From positions 1 through 38,345 of the forward strand of contig JAOUFI010000017.1 of the NCBI GenBank assembly GCA_029858305.1: a DNA stretch of 38,345 bases. The letters run 5' to 3'. A model generated the notes under the pieces. That model saw only the letters and a program-made list of their open reading frames with translations, had not been told where the DNA came from and did not search any database. This document shows positions 28,460 to 37,708 of the stretch, piece after piece (the stretch's first letter is position 1; each line of letters begins with the position of its first letter). This DNA comes from Candidatus Thorarchaeota archaeon. GTDB taxonomy: Archaea; Asgardarchaeota; Thorarchaeia; Thorarchaeales; Thorarchaeaceae. The translations under genes and the position numbers were made by a program.

Positions 28460-28615
28460 TCAAAATTTTACTGCGGCGATAATAACTGCAAAGAAGATAA
28501 CTGCGGTAAATATGACGAAAATTAATTCTGAAGCAAAGTAAAGGTTAGAATGACCAAAACTCTGAAGATAAATAAAATAAACGCTCATTGATAGCGTAAT
28601 CAATACTATGACCAT
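28460..28615 (-). CDS. Small 51-aa two-TM membrane protein (not in ORF track)
   Basis: MVIVLITLSMSVYFIYLQSFGHSNLYFASELIFVIFTAVIFFAVIIAAVKF translated by hand; no clear SD. Confidence 0.35.
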   Translation of the reverse strand: MVIVLITLSMSVYFIYLQSFGHSNLYFASELIFVIFTAVIFFAVIIAAVKF

Positions 28616-28710
28616 TAGAAATAGCAGACATTGAGAAATTGGAAAAGAGTGAAATATTCGACTTCATTTGCGAGTCTAACTGGAATCCTAAGAGTCAACG
28701 AAAAGAATGA

Positions 28711-29469
28711 GTGATTCGTATGATACAAAAACGATTGGAGAGTATCAAAGCAGTAATTTTTGACTTGGGGGATACACTCTACACACTACCATACTCAGTT
28801 GATGATTATCATATGAGATTTTTGAGAGAAGTCTGTGGGGATGACTTCACCGTGTCCTATAGCGAACTTGATCGAGCACATGATGCCGCTGAAGCTGCAT
28901 TGGACAGGCTAATTGAAGAATCTGCAACAAGTCCTGACTATGCCTTAACTACTGATGAATGGATTCTCTTTGATCGAATTCTTCTAGAGAATCTTGGTGT
29001 GAAGGAGAACATTGATGAGAAATCCAGAAAATACCAACAGCTCTGGGATAGACTAATCACGAGTCAGCCAAATAAGCTGCGACCAGGCGCAAAAGAACTC
29101 TTGGAAGAATTGGGTGAACGAGGATTCAAGATGGGAATTGCGTCCAATTGGGACCAGAGTCCTCATGATTTGCTGTCTGATTCAGGAATCCGACATTTTT
29201 TCCAGAGTCTTCAATGGACCCTGGTTAAGGGATATGCCAAACCTTCTCCCTATATGTTGATAATGAATGCTTATGAGCTAGGCGTGAATCCTTTACGGTG
29301 CACCTTTGTTGGAAATAAAGAAAACCTAGATGTGGAAGCAGCTCGAAAAGCAGGAATGCTTCCAATCTGGCTCAACAATTCAGCAGGAAGTTCATCAGAG
29401 CTTAGGGAAGACACCCTAATCATTAGCGAATTACGGGAGCTTCTTAATTATTTGCCACTGAGAGTTTGA
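28711..29469 (+). CDS. HAD-superfamily hydrolase
   Basis: FDLGDTL, IASN, AKPSP, FVGNKENLD...AGM. Confidence 0.9.
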   Translation: MIRMIQKRLESIKAVIFDLGDTLYTLPYSVDDYHMRFLREVCGDDFTVSYSELDRAHDAAEAALDRLIEESATSPDYALTTDEWILFDRILLENLGVKENIDEKSRKYQQLWDRLITSQPNKLRPGAKELLEELGERGFKMGIASNWDQSPHDLLSDSGIRHFFQSLQWTLVKGYAKPSPYMLIMNAYELGVNPLRCTFVGNKENLDVEAARKAGMLPIWLNNSAGSSSELREDTLIISELRELLNYLPLRV

Positions 29470-29569
29470 TTGTATATTAGTGTAATGAGATGTCCTACCT
29501 CATTATGTCAAAGTTATGTATACAACAGCATATTTCCTAATCTTATCCAGTATTTCATAGGTGTTAGAA

Positions 29570-29586
29570 GGTTAACCAAGTTAACC
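29570..29586. promoter_or_regulatory. GGTTAAC-N3-GTTAACC operator-like palindrome, copy 2
   Basis: Perfect 7-3-7 palindrome about 95 nt upstream of 29680; shares a 16-mer with 7470-7485. Confidence 0.6.
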
Positions 29587-29679
29587 CTCAATTAGTCGTT
29601 TACTACCAGGAGTGCGTCTTGTACTAATGGCATACAATCTCTATGGGTAGTTTATCTGTGCCGACTTGCATGAACAAGT

Positions 29680-30201
29680 ATGAAGCGGACAGATCAGACG
29701 AGATTATCTGATTTCATCGAGCCTGCAGAAAACACTCCCGCAGAGCCATCGCTTCATTCAGTAAAGGCAACCAACACCCCGGTTCAGATAACAGAATCTA
29801 CCCGAAAGCGTCAGGAACTTTCGCTATGGAATAAAACAATGAATAAAGATGAAGATTGGGGTGTCTGTGACCTGAATGATACAGTGCTACTTGTTCGCTT
29901 GATTGATGGTCACATTCATGCTCATGGCCAAGAGGCTGTCTGCAAGTGGTGTGGTGGTTTCCTTGAGATTCGCGATGATAAGATATTTTGTGCTGGTCAA
30001 TGCAAGAGATATCAGGGCGAGTTCTCGAGAGACCTCAATGAGTTTCTCAGGTGGGAAGGAGTCAAGTCGTACACGCTCCGAAAGATAGTAGCTGAAATCG
30101 AGCACCTCGAGCTCGAACCGCAAGACCTCATGCCCCTCGACTATGTTCCAAATTGGTCAGTCCTCTATGAGTATGAGGATGAGTCTTACGAGGAATCATA
30201 A
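29680..30201 (+). CDS. Hypothetical protein with N-terminal PIP-box-like motif and C4 Zn finger
   Basis: QTRLSDFI at residues 6-13, low-complexity linker, CKWC...CAGQC, acidic tail. Confidence 0.7.
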   Translation: MKRTDQTRLSDFIEPAENTPAEPSLHSVKATNTPVQITESTRKRQELSLWNKTMNKDEDWGVCDLNDTVLLVRLIDGHIHAHGQEAVCKWCGGFLEIRDDKIFCAGQCKRYQGEFSRDLNEFLRWEGVKSYTLRKIVAEIEHLELEPQDLMPLDYVPNWSVLYEYEDESYEES

Positions 30202-30268
30202 TCCATGGTCATCTCGAAAGAGTAATTAGCCTCACTGCGCAGTGTCATGGAACATTTGGTGATTCACT

Positions 30269-30625
30269 ATGACAGAAATACCAATGGCTAGTGGCGGTTC
30301 TGAAGGAACAAGACCCAGAGAGGTGACGATAGCTGGTTATTTGATTCTACTTGAAGCAATAACTGGTCTAATCGCAGCAGGTATTACATACTATATTTGG
30401 GAGGATGAACTCTCCCTTTTGGGAATTGTTCTTGCAATTGTCGCCTTCTGGCTATACACCATGATTTTGAAACAAGACTACTCTGCATGGATGATAACTG
30501 TGATTTTCAATATCTTAGCTGTCTTCCTATATGCTACAGGTAGTAATTGGGCCGGTGTTGGTCTGAGTCTTATCTGTTTCATCTACCTGATTTCACCCAA
30601 CGTGAAAGTACACTTTACAAAATGA
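30269..30625 (+). CDS. Small four-TM membrane protein
   Basis: RPxxVT start, four hydrophobic segments, YL..P.VK..F end; SD GGTGA. Confidence 0.8.
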   Translation: MTEIPMASGGSEGTRPREVTIAGYLILLEAITGLIAAGITYYIWEDELSLLGIVLAIVAFWLYTMILKQDYSAWMITVIFNILAVFLYATGSNWAGVGLSLICFIYLISPNVKVHFTK

Positions 30626-30630
30626 GCACC

Positions 30631-30663
30631 TAGGCTGGTTCTCCAGCCTACCTTTTTTCTTTT
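30631..30663 (+). terminator. Hairpin plus U-tract terminator between convergent genes
   Basis: TAGGCTGG-TTCT-CCAGCCTA followed by CCTTTTTTCTTTT. Confidence 0.65.
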
Positions 30664-30674
30664 AGAGAGTAGAT

Positions 30675-31580
30675 CTAGAATTCTACTGGATTCTTTTCGT
30701 ATAGCAGAAATCTACGACCTATGAACTCTTGATCAACATAGCCAAGACTAAGTGCCCATTCAGTAGGGCCTGGGCCCAGAAAGAAAACGGCTCTGTCGGC
30801 TTTTGAAGTAATGACCTCGTCTAATATTCTAGACATAATATCTACAAAGATTGCTCTGTCAGTACTGAAGACAGTATATGCCGCTGTCAATTCATCTTTG
30901 CGTCGTCTGTCAACTTTGCAATATAGTGCTTGTGCAAGGCCTGCTTCATCAATAACAACTTTGAATTCAGTGTGTTTCTCAAGTCGCTTAAGTCCTTCAA
31001 GGCTCTTGAAGTCAAACTCCCAAGCCATTGGAAGAGTTGTACTCGGAATCAAGTCTGGATTCAGTGATACTAGCTCGAATAACCTTTCTGAACTTGCCTT
31101 TAGAGGTACGATGCTTGAACTTGGCTTGGGGTGGTTTGGATACGGACTGTAAAGCCGGAAGTATCCCACACTGTCAGCTTTATGAAAACCTGTTTTCTCT
31201 GCTACTCTTTGAGATGCCTCATTTTGTGAGCTTGTGGCATACCACAATATCCTCACACGATTCTCGCGAGCTCGCTGTACGATTGCGTCAGTGATCCTAA
31301 TGCCATATCCTTTATGTCGAAATCCATCTTTCACCCGAAGCCCTTGTACCCAAGCTATGCTCGTACCACTTACAAGTTCGAGATTGCTCATACAAACAAG
31401 TTCATTCTCTTCAAAGATGCCTAGTGTTGTAGCAAGGGGATCTTCTACCCATTTCGGAAAAGATTCCGGAACATAGTCGTTTCCTTCCCACACAGTTTGA
31501 CAGAGAAGGTTTACTTGGTTCTGATCTTCAATTGTCAACTCACGTAAAGTGCTAGGCATGGAAAATCGAGCAGGATGCAT
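30675..31580 (-). CDS. GNAT N-acetyltransferase
   Basis: WEGNDYVP, GLRVKDGFRHKGYG, NEASQRVAEKTGF; start may be MPST about 20 nt downstream. Confidence 0.88.
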   Translation of the reverse strand: MHPARFSMPSTLRELTIEDQNQVNLLCQTVWEGNDYVPESFPKWVEDPLATTLGIFEENELVCMSNLELVSGTSIAWVQGLRVKDGFRHKGYGIRITDAIVQRARENRVRILWYATSSQNEASQRVAEKTGFHKADSVGYFRLYSPYPNHPKPSSSIVPLKASSERLFELVSLNPDLIPSTTLPMAWEFDFKSLEGLKRLEKHTEFKVVIDEAGLAQALYCKVDRRRKDELTAAYTVFSTDRAIFVDIMSRILDEVITSKADRAVFFLGPGPTEWALSLGYVDQEFIGRRFLLYEKNPVEF

Positions 31581-31628
31581 TCCTTAAGAACAGTGCGGCA
31601 TGGATATCAGCGTAGACGAATGTTAGAC

Positions 31629-32204
31629 CTAATCATAATAATCAGATTGCATCTCGGATTCTGACGAAGGTTCATTGACATGGACAAACTTGCCGCAGTT
31701 CTGGCATTGAATCATTCCGTCATCTCTCATCACGAGAACTCGGAATGAGTATTGTGCATGGCAATTTGGGCAGACAAAGATTCTGAGATTTGAAATCTCT
31801 CGAAATGATGACATGTCTTTGTCTTCATATCCCATAATCATGTCCATAAACCGTCTTTCCATTATTTCATCGGAACAAAGGCCAGTAAACCATGGTTGAT
31901 AGGCATAGATTTTGAATGTCGCGGCTCCAACATCCCTCAGATACTCTATAAGAAGGACTAGGAACCCAGTTGTAATATTGAATATATGTGTACTAGAAAG
32001 GATATGTCCGCAATCAACAAAATCGCTCAATAATAAATCAATCCCACGTTCTAAGAATCCTTTCCTGTCATGCCAAATATCTGGCATTGATTTCAAAAAA
32101 CCGCGGAGTTCCGTTTCATCAATACCTATGAGTTGTGCCATCTTCACAGATTCGATCCTCCTGCATGCATTATGCTCATGAACGCATATGATACTAGCTT
32201 CCAT
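31629..32204 (-). CDS. Hypothetical protein with C-terminal Zn ribbon
   Basis: CPNC-x16-CQNCG; start abuts the MTase stop codon. Confidence 0.7.
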   Translation of the reverse strand: MEASIICVHEHNACRRIESVKMAQLIGIDETELRGFLKSMPDIWHDRKGFLERGIDLLLSDFVDCGHILSSTHIFNITTGFLVLLIEYLRDVGAATFKIYAYQPWFTGLCSDEIMERRFMDMIMGYEDKDMSSFREISNLRIFVCPNCHAQYSFRVLVMRDDGMIQCQNCGKFVHVNEPSSESEMQSDYYD

Positions 32205-33056
32205 TCAAAGGTAATTTTGGAAGATTAGACAATAATGATGATGCACGTTTGATACGTAGGTTGTTGGATATCCCCAACATCCAAGCTTCTTGTTGTCTTG
32301 GCACCATATCATCTCTTGACGTAATTCATAGTCTTCGGATATTCTCTTTGCCAAGTCCCAGGCGATTGGTTTTAATTTTCCATCGATGTCCCTCATATTC
32401 TGAACAACTATTGTGAGATATGCCTTCTCTCTCAACAGCGATTTTAGATTGCCAAGTAATTTCCCCAAGGTGTTGACATACTCATCATAATTTGCAATAT
32501 TTCCGAGATCTCTTTCTGAATCACTGTAGTATTGTTTGAATCCTTCTTTTTCTCGTAGCTTGTGAACTGAGTCATTGCCGCCTCTGGACTTACGAAGCAT
32601 ATCCCAATATGGCGGCGATGTAATCAAATAATCAAAGACTGGTGGAGAATCTCCAAATCGACGCATGATCAGGGTTTCAGCATCCTGCGAATCGCCAGCA
32701 AGAAGATACTGTGTTCCAGAACCCTTCATCTCTGAGAGGTGTTTCTTTCCTGATTCAACGAACTCATCATGTAGCTCAATGCCTACTGCATTTCTGTCAG
32801 ACTCTCTGCATGCGATGAGTGTACTTCCCACTCCTGCAAAGGGATCTAAGACCCATGTTCCTTGTTTTGTGAAAAAACTGATGAATCGCTTGACAAGTTC
32901 TTCTGGGAATTTAGCAGGATGTTCTAATTGGTCAGCTGACCGTGAGCGTGGATTCAAAACGAACCAAGATTTGGTTGATTTGACCCATGATTTTGCATCA
33001 AGATCATTGAGAGTTTTTTTAGGAATACTTGTCAACAGATACACCGTTGAATCCAT
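32205..33056 (-). CDS. DNA amino-methyltransferase (N4C/N6A type), orphan
   Basis: HPAKFP, VLDPFAGVGST (motif I), GIEL, ITSPPYW (motif IV), IW, HHYCLIF. Confidence 0.8.
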   Translation of the reverse strand: MDSTVYLLTSIPKKTLNDLDAKSWVKSTKSWFVLNPRSRSADQLEHPAKFPEELVKRFISFFTKQGTWVLDPFAGVGSTLIACRESDRNAVGIELHDEFVESGKKHLSEMKGSGTQYLLAGDSQDAETLIMRRFGDSPPVFDYLITSPPYWDMLRKSRGGNDSVHKLREKEGFKQYYSDSERDLGNIANYDEYVNTLGKLLGNLKSLLREKAYLTIVVQNMRDIDGKLKPIAWDLAKRISEDYELRQEMIWCQDNKKLGCWGYPTTYVSNVHHHYCLIFQNYL

Positions 33057-33145
33057 AAATCCACTAGAGTCATAAGTATAGCTACTCCAATGAGCTTAAT
33101 TCATAATGCATCTTGGCGTTTGTGTATAATATAGGAGAGCTAGCA

Positions 33146-34210
33146 ATGTCGTCCATTTGGAAACAGAAAACAGGTTTGATGATTGTCCTAGTATTTGGGA
33201 TTATTATTGGAGCAGGAGGCTTGATTTTCATTAGTCCTCCGTCCGGAGGAGGTATTTCTGCAACTGTGACAACTGCAGGTTCTACTACAGTATATCCCCT
33301 TTCACAAATCTGGGCGACCTATTTTCCGGCAGATGTTCCCGGATTGGTTCTAAATCCTAACTCAGGAGGGAGCGGGCTTGGGCAGTCATTGGTTAGCCAA
33401 GGACTCATTGATATAGGTGCGACAAGTTCGTATCCAAAACAAGAATACATTGATGAAAATCCGTCAGTTGAGATCCTTCCTATATCTGCTGATGCGCTTG
33501 CAATTGTTGTTAATGAGGCAGTGAATGGTTCTGAGTTCAAGATGGACTGCGATATGGTTGTTGCTGTATTTCAGAGAAATGTAACTACGTGGGAGGAATT
33601 TGCATCAACTTTCGATGTTACAATTACACAAACAGGAGCAATCAGTGTGTATGCTCGTTCCGATGCTAGTGGCACAACCGCAACATTTGCCAAATGGCTC
33701 GAAACAGCAGATGAGAATATCAACTCTAATGGAGCGGAATATGAGTGGAACCTGGGTCACGAAGAGGCACTCTCATTTCCTGCAGGTGTGAATTCTGTTG
33801 ATGGTAATCCAAGTGTATCTTCTGGAGTCCTTTCTGATGATCATGGAATTGGCTATGTGAGTCTTGCATTTATGGAGGGAGGTGTGGTTGTTGATCTCTA
33901 CAACCCTGGCAACGATGAGTGGGTCACACCTTCAGTTGCAAACGCGATTAAAGCCATTCCTGCCAATTTCACAAATCCGGGGCAAGACATCATGAACTCT
34001 AACATTGCTGGAGCATATCCAGTTGCAAGAGTATTATATTATCTTGTAAATCGTGAGTATCTCAGATCTCATGCAGTTACTTTTCTAAGCTGGTGTCTAT
34101 TGCAGGGTCAAACTCATGTGCATGAAGTAGGATATGTGCCTATCAATGGAACAGCTGCTCAGAGATATTCACTCAATATTGTAGCGGATTTGATACAGAA
34201 TCTATCTTAG
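33146..34210 (+). CDS. pstS: Phosphate ABC transporter substrate-binding protein
   Basis: AGSTTV, GGSGLG, RSDASGTT, IGYV, YPVAR; N-terminal TM anchor; ATG 33146 after GGAG. Confidence 0.92.
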   Translation: MSSIWKQKTGLMIVLVFGIIIGAGGLIFISPPSGGGISATVTTAGSTTVYPLSQIWATYFPADVPGLVLNPNSGGSGLGQSLVSQGLIDIGATSSYPKQEYIDENPSVEILPISADALAIVVNEAVNGSEFKMDCDMVVAVFQRNVTTWEEFASTFDVTITQTGAISVYARSDASGTTATFAKWLETADENINSNGAEYEWNLGHEEALSFPAGVNSVDGNPSVSSGVLSDDHGIGYVSLAFMEGGVVVDLYNPGNDEWVTPSVANAIKAIPANFTNPGQDIMNSNIAGAYPVARVLYYLVNREYLRSHAVTFLSWCLLQGQTHVHEVGYVPINGTAAQRYSLNIVADLIQNLS

Positions 34211-34232
34211 ATGAAATACTTCTAAGTGGTGA

Positions 34233-35246
34233 ATGACCATGACTGAAGAGAACGAAACTATTACTATGCAGGAAGAGGAGCAGATTCATTCATGGCATTC
34301 ACAACTATTAAGAAACATTTCTAAATCATTGCACGACTTTCGAATGGCAGATAGACCTGGCAAAGTAGATATGCTTGGAAAATGGGGTCTCTTCATTCCG
34401 GCTGTCGCTAGCACATTAATCATTGTACTCATTCTTGCGTTTCTTTGGTTCGAATCAGTACCGATACTTGTTGATCCTAGCGGAGGTCCTGGGATTGTTG
34501 TCAGTCCAACTTGGGATCCCAATAGAGACCTATTTGGAATTGCGATATTCATTGTAGGCTCTCTGCTATGCGCCGGGATTGCGATAGGATTAGCTGTGCC
34601 TCTTGGAATTGGAGGTGCGATATTCCTCAGTGAATTTTGTCCAATGCGTCTTCGTCAGCCAATCAAAATGATCATCGAGATGATGGCTGCCATACCATCA
34701 ATTGTATACGGTTTGTGGGCATATCTGGTTCTTGTACCAATTATCAAGAACAATATCGCTCCAATTACGCAGAGCCCAACTAATGGTCTATCTCTTCTTG
34801 CAGGGGGGCTGATACTCGCGATTATGTTGCTTCCAACCGTGGTAACCATCTCCACTGATGCTCTTCAAACGGTACCTCTGAGCCTTCGAGAGGCTTCTCT
34901 TGCTCTTGGAGCAACTCAAAGCGAGACTTCGCGCAAGATTGTACTTTCTGCGGCACTTCCTGGTGTGGGAGCGGCTGTCGTATTATCACTTGGTAGAGCC
35001 GTTGGCGAGACCATGGCTGTCCTTATGGTTACGGGAAACTCCCTTCAGATTCCGTATTCGTTGTTTGACCCAACATATGTGATGACAAGTATCATCACAA
35101 ATCAGCTGGGCTACGCCTTTGTCTTTCCACTATGGAGATCCGCACTCTTTGCTGTGGGACTAGTTTTACTAATTATGTCAATATGCTTCACTCTGACTGC
35201 AAAGCTGTTCATACGATGGGGCATGAAGACAAGGGGGTACATATAG
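34233..35246 (+). CDS. pstC: Phosphate ABC transporter permease
   Basis: W.P....FG, AAIPSIVYGLW, EASLALGAT, GRAVGETMAV. Confidence 0.95.
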   Translation: MTMTEENETITMQEEEQIHSWHSQLLRNISKSLHDFRMADRPGKVDMLGKWGLFIPAVASTLIIVLILAFLWFESVPILVDPSGGPGIVVSPTWDPNRDLFGIAIFIVGSLLCAGIAIGLAVPLGIGGAIFLSEFCPMRLRQPIKMIIEMMAAIPSIVYGLWAYLVLVPIIKNNIAPITQSPTNGLSLLAGGLILAIMLLPTVVTISTDALQTVPLSLREASLALGATQSETSRKIVLSAALPGVGAAVVLSLGRAVGETMAVLMVTGNSLQIPYSLFDPTYVMTSIITNQLGYAFVFPLWRSALFAVGLVLLIMSICFTLTAKLFIRWGMKTRGYI

Positions 35247-36185
35247 GTGCTAAAGAATGGTGAATCGGAATCAATACTCTACAGGCTCTATGCACTTAGC
35301 GGATTAAAAGATGCACTGAAATCGCGACGTCATTTTTCGGACTACATATTCAAGGTCATTCTGGGTTTAGTCATTATTATCATCGTTTCACCCTTTTTCC
35401 TCATCCTGTTTCAGGTTGCAGGTGTCGGTTTCTGGCAGGTATTTGGCACCGGACCTGGCCAGGGTCTTGAGTTTCTCTTTACATTTCCAGGTGCTGGTCT
35501 TGAGGGTGGAATTAGAAATGCATTTGTGGGCACTGTTGAATTGATAGTTGTGGCATCCGCAGTAGGCATTCCCCTGAGTGTCTGTGGAGCAATATACATC
35601 AATGAATACACCCGTCCTGGTCATGTCCGAGGTATTGTTGAGTTTACGTCCGATGTGTTGGCTGGAATACCATCCATCGTCTTTGGAGCTTTTGGTTTTG
35701 TTTTCCTCGTTGATTTTCTTCATATTGGCATGGGGATTATCGCTGGAAGTCTGACGCTCGCATTCATGATGATACCCACAATCCTGAGAACTACCCAAGA
35801 AGCTCTTCGTGCAGTACCCATGTCACTCAGGGAAGCATCTCTTGCATTGGGCGCAACAAAATGGTCAACAACATGGAATGTCACTCTTCGCGCTGCATTT
35901 CCTGGTGTCATCACGGGCTTTCTATTGGCAATTGGCAGGGTCATGGGTGAGACTGCGCCGCTCATATTCACAGCAGGAAATAGTCTCATTGTTCCAACTG
36001 AATTGGCAGGCCCCGGTTCTTGGATTGCATCAATGCCCTATACAATCTGGGCATACATAAGCGATCCACGTGAGTATCTTCAGGTCAAAGCACATGGCAC
36101 TGCGCTTGCACTGATGATTATGGTGTTGGCAATCGACTTGATTGCAAATCTCATTTCTCGAAAGGTAACAAGGAGGCTGGTGTAA
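35247..36185 (+). CDS. pstA: Phosphate ABC transporter permease
   Basis: LAGIPSIVFG, EASLALGATKW, GETAPLIFT. Confidence 0.95.
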   Translation: MLKNGESESILYRLYALSGLKDALKSRRHFSDYIFKVILGLVIIIIVSPFFLILFQVAGVGFWQVFGTGPGQGLEFLFTFPGAGLEGGIRNAFVGTVELIVVASAVGIPLSVCGAIYINEYTRPGHVRGIVEFTSDVLAGIPSIVFGAFGFVFLVDFLHIGMGIIAGSLTLAFMMIPTILRTTQEALRAVPMSLREASLALGATKWSTTWNVTLRAAFPGVITGFLLAIGRVMGETAPLIFTAGNSLIVPTELAGPGSWIASMPYTIWAYISDPREYLQVKAHGTALALMIMVLAIDLIANLISRKVTRRLV

Positions 36186-36950
36186 ATGCCAGAGTATGAA
36201 CATAATATAGAGGTACACGGACTTTCAACATGGTTTGGTAAGAAGCACATTCTGAAGGATATCACATGTTATTTCCGAGACAACACAGTGACTGCTATCA
36301 TGGGACCAAGTGGATGTGGTAAGTCAACACTTCTTCGAACGCTCAATCGATTGAATGATCTGGTCCCTAGTTTTCGTCGCAAGGGAGAAGTTCTATTCAA
36401 GGGGACTGATATCTACGGAGTGGGTACAAGCGTGTATGATTTGAGAAAACATATCGGTATGGTCTTCCAAAAACCAAATCCATTCCCAATGAGTGTTTTC
36501 GATAATGTTACCTATGGACCTAAACTACATGGTGTCAAGGATGAGGATGAACTGAATAAAATCGTTGAGACTTCTCTTCGTAAGGCTGCGCTATGGGATG
36601 AGGTAAAGGATGAACTTCAAAGCCCCGCACCAAATCTATCAGGGGGACAACAACAGCGGCTCTGTATTGCTCGAGCACTTTCTGTTGACCCCCCAGTATT
36701 ACTTATGGATGAGCCTGTGTCCGCCTTGGACCCTATCAGTGCAGCGAAGATAGAAGAATTAATCATCGAGTTAAAACAGGACTATACTATTATCTTGGTC
36801 ACTCATAATGTACAGCAAGCATTTCGTGTGTCTGATCAAGCAGCATTCTTGTATCTGGGCGAGTTGGTTGAATTTGATGAAACGAAAAGAATTCTTGAGG
36901 CTCCTGCGGACTCTAGAACGGAGGCTTTCATTACAGGAAGAATAGGATAG
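36186..36950 (+). CDS. pstB: Phosphate ABC transporter ATPase
   Basis: GPSGCGKST, FQKPNPFP, LSGGQQQRLCIAR, MDEP, ITGRIG. Confidence 0.97.
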   Translation: MPEYEHNIEVHGLSTWFGKKHILKDITCYFRDNTVTAIMGPSGCGKSTLLRTLNRLNDLVPSFRRKGEVLFKGTDIYGVGTSVYDLRKHIGMVFQKPNPFPMSVFDNVTYGPKLHGVKDEDELNKIVETSLRKAALWDEVKDELQSPAPNLSGGQQQRLCIARALSVDPPVLLMDEPVSALDPISAAKIEELIIELKQDYTIILVTHNVQQAFRVSDQAAFLYLGELVEFDETKRILEAPADSRTEAFITGRIG

Positions 36951-36959
36951 GTGGTTGTT

Positions 36960-37646
36960 ATGTCAATACAGTTACAACGACATTTGAAACTCATCAATGA
37001 TAAATTGAGAGAACTGCAAAATCTATCCATTGGCGCATTTATGGATGCTATGAAGGCTTTCAAAGAACTAAACCAGGATCTTGCGGCTGAAGTTCGTGAC
37101 AGATCTGTGATAATTGAAGAAAAGTCTCAAAGCATTGAAGATAATGTCTTCGAAACTATTGCACGAAGGCAACCAGTTGCTAAAGACTTGCGAGAGCTTG
37201 CAACCTATCTTCAAACTGCGCATCATCTCTATCGAATAGGGCGATATGCATACAAGATAGCTCACATTGTACGGCTGTGTGAAGGCATGGAACACTTCAA
37301 GGAACTCATCTCCCTCCCACACCTAGCAGACCTTGCAAAACAGACAATTGAGATAGCTATGAAAGGTATACTAGATAAGGATCTATCTAAAATTGACGAG
37401 CTTGAAAAACTGGAGGCAATAAGCGATAAAGAAACCTCTGACATGTTCGAAGAGATAACAGAGTATTTGCGAGTACGAAACGATATCACAACTATGGCTA
37501 TGTTTTATGTCATTGTTGGACGGTATTGTGAACGTGCGGCTGATCACGCATTTTCAATTGCTGAACGAGCTGTCTATATGGTAAAGGGAAAACGTGTAAA
37601 ACTCGGTCTTGCATATAAGGGTCAAGCCGGTCGAGCTCCGCATTGA
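36960..37646 (+). CDS. phoU: Phosphate uptake regulator PhoU, copy 1
   Basis: IARRQPVAKDLR, ERAADHA..IAE; ATG 36960 after AGGTG. Confidence 0.92.
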   Translation: MSIQLQRHLKLINDKLRELQNLSIGAFMDAMKAFKELNQDLAAEVRDRSVIIEEKSQSIEDNVFETIARRQPVAKDLRELATYLQTAHHLYRIGRYAYKIAHIVRLCEGMEHFKELISLPHLADLAKQTIEIAMKGILDKDLSKIDELEKLEAISDKETSDMFEEITEYLRVRNDITTMAMFYVIVGRYCERAADHAFSIAERAVYMVKGKRVKLGLAYKGQAGRAPH

Positions 37647-37708
37647 ATTGCTCCAAATAACAACACCTTAATCTCGTGTATCTTAATTCTCAAGCTGGCG
37701 ATGTCTGA

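Noticed and set aside
28305-28541. 78-aa plus-strand ORF
   Set aside because: No motif; its C-terminus looks like the antisense of the hydrophobic minus-strand ORF
30675-31580. GNAT as a eukaryotic-signature NAT16-like protein
   Set aside because: The GxDY(V/L)P pattern is also common in prokaryotic GNATs; cannot be supported without phylogeny
23944-33056. Helicase plus MTase as a type III or type I restriction-modification system
   Set aside because: Separated by several unrelated genes; no PD-(D/E)xK nuclease recognisable in the helicase; MTase too small for Mod/HsdM
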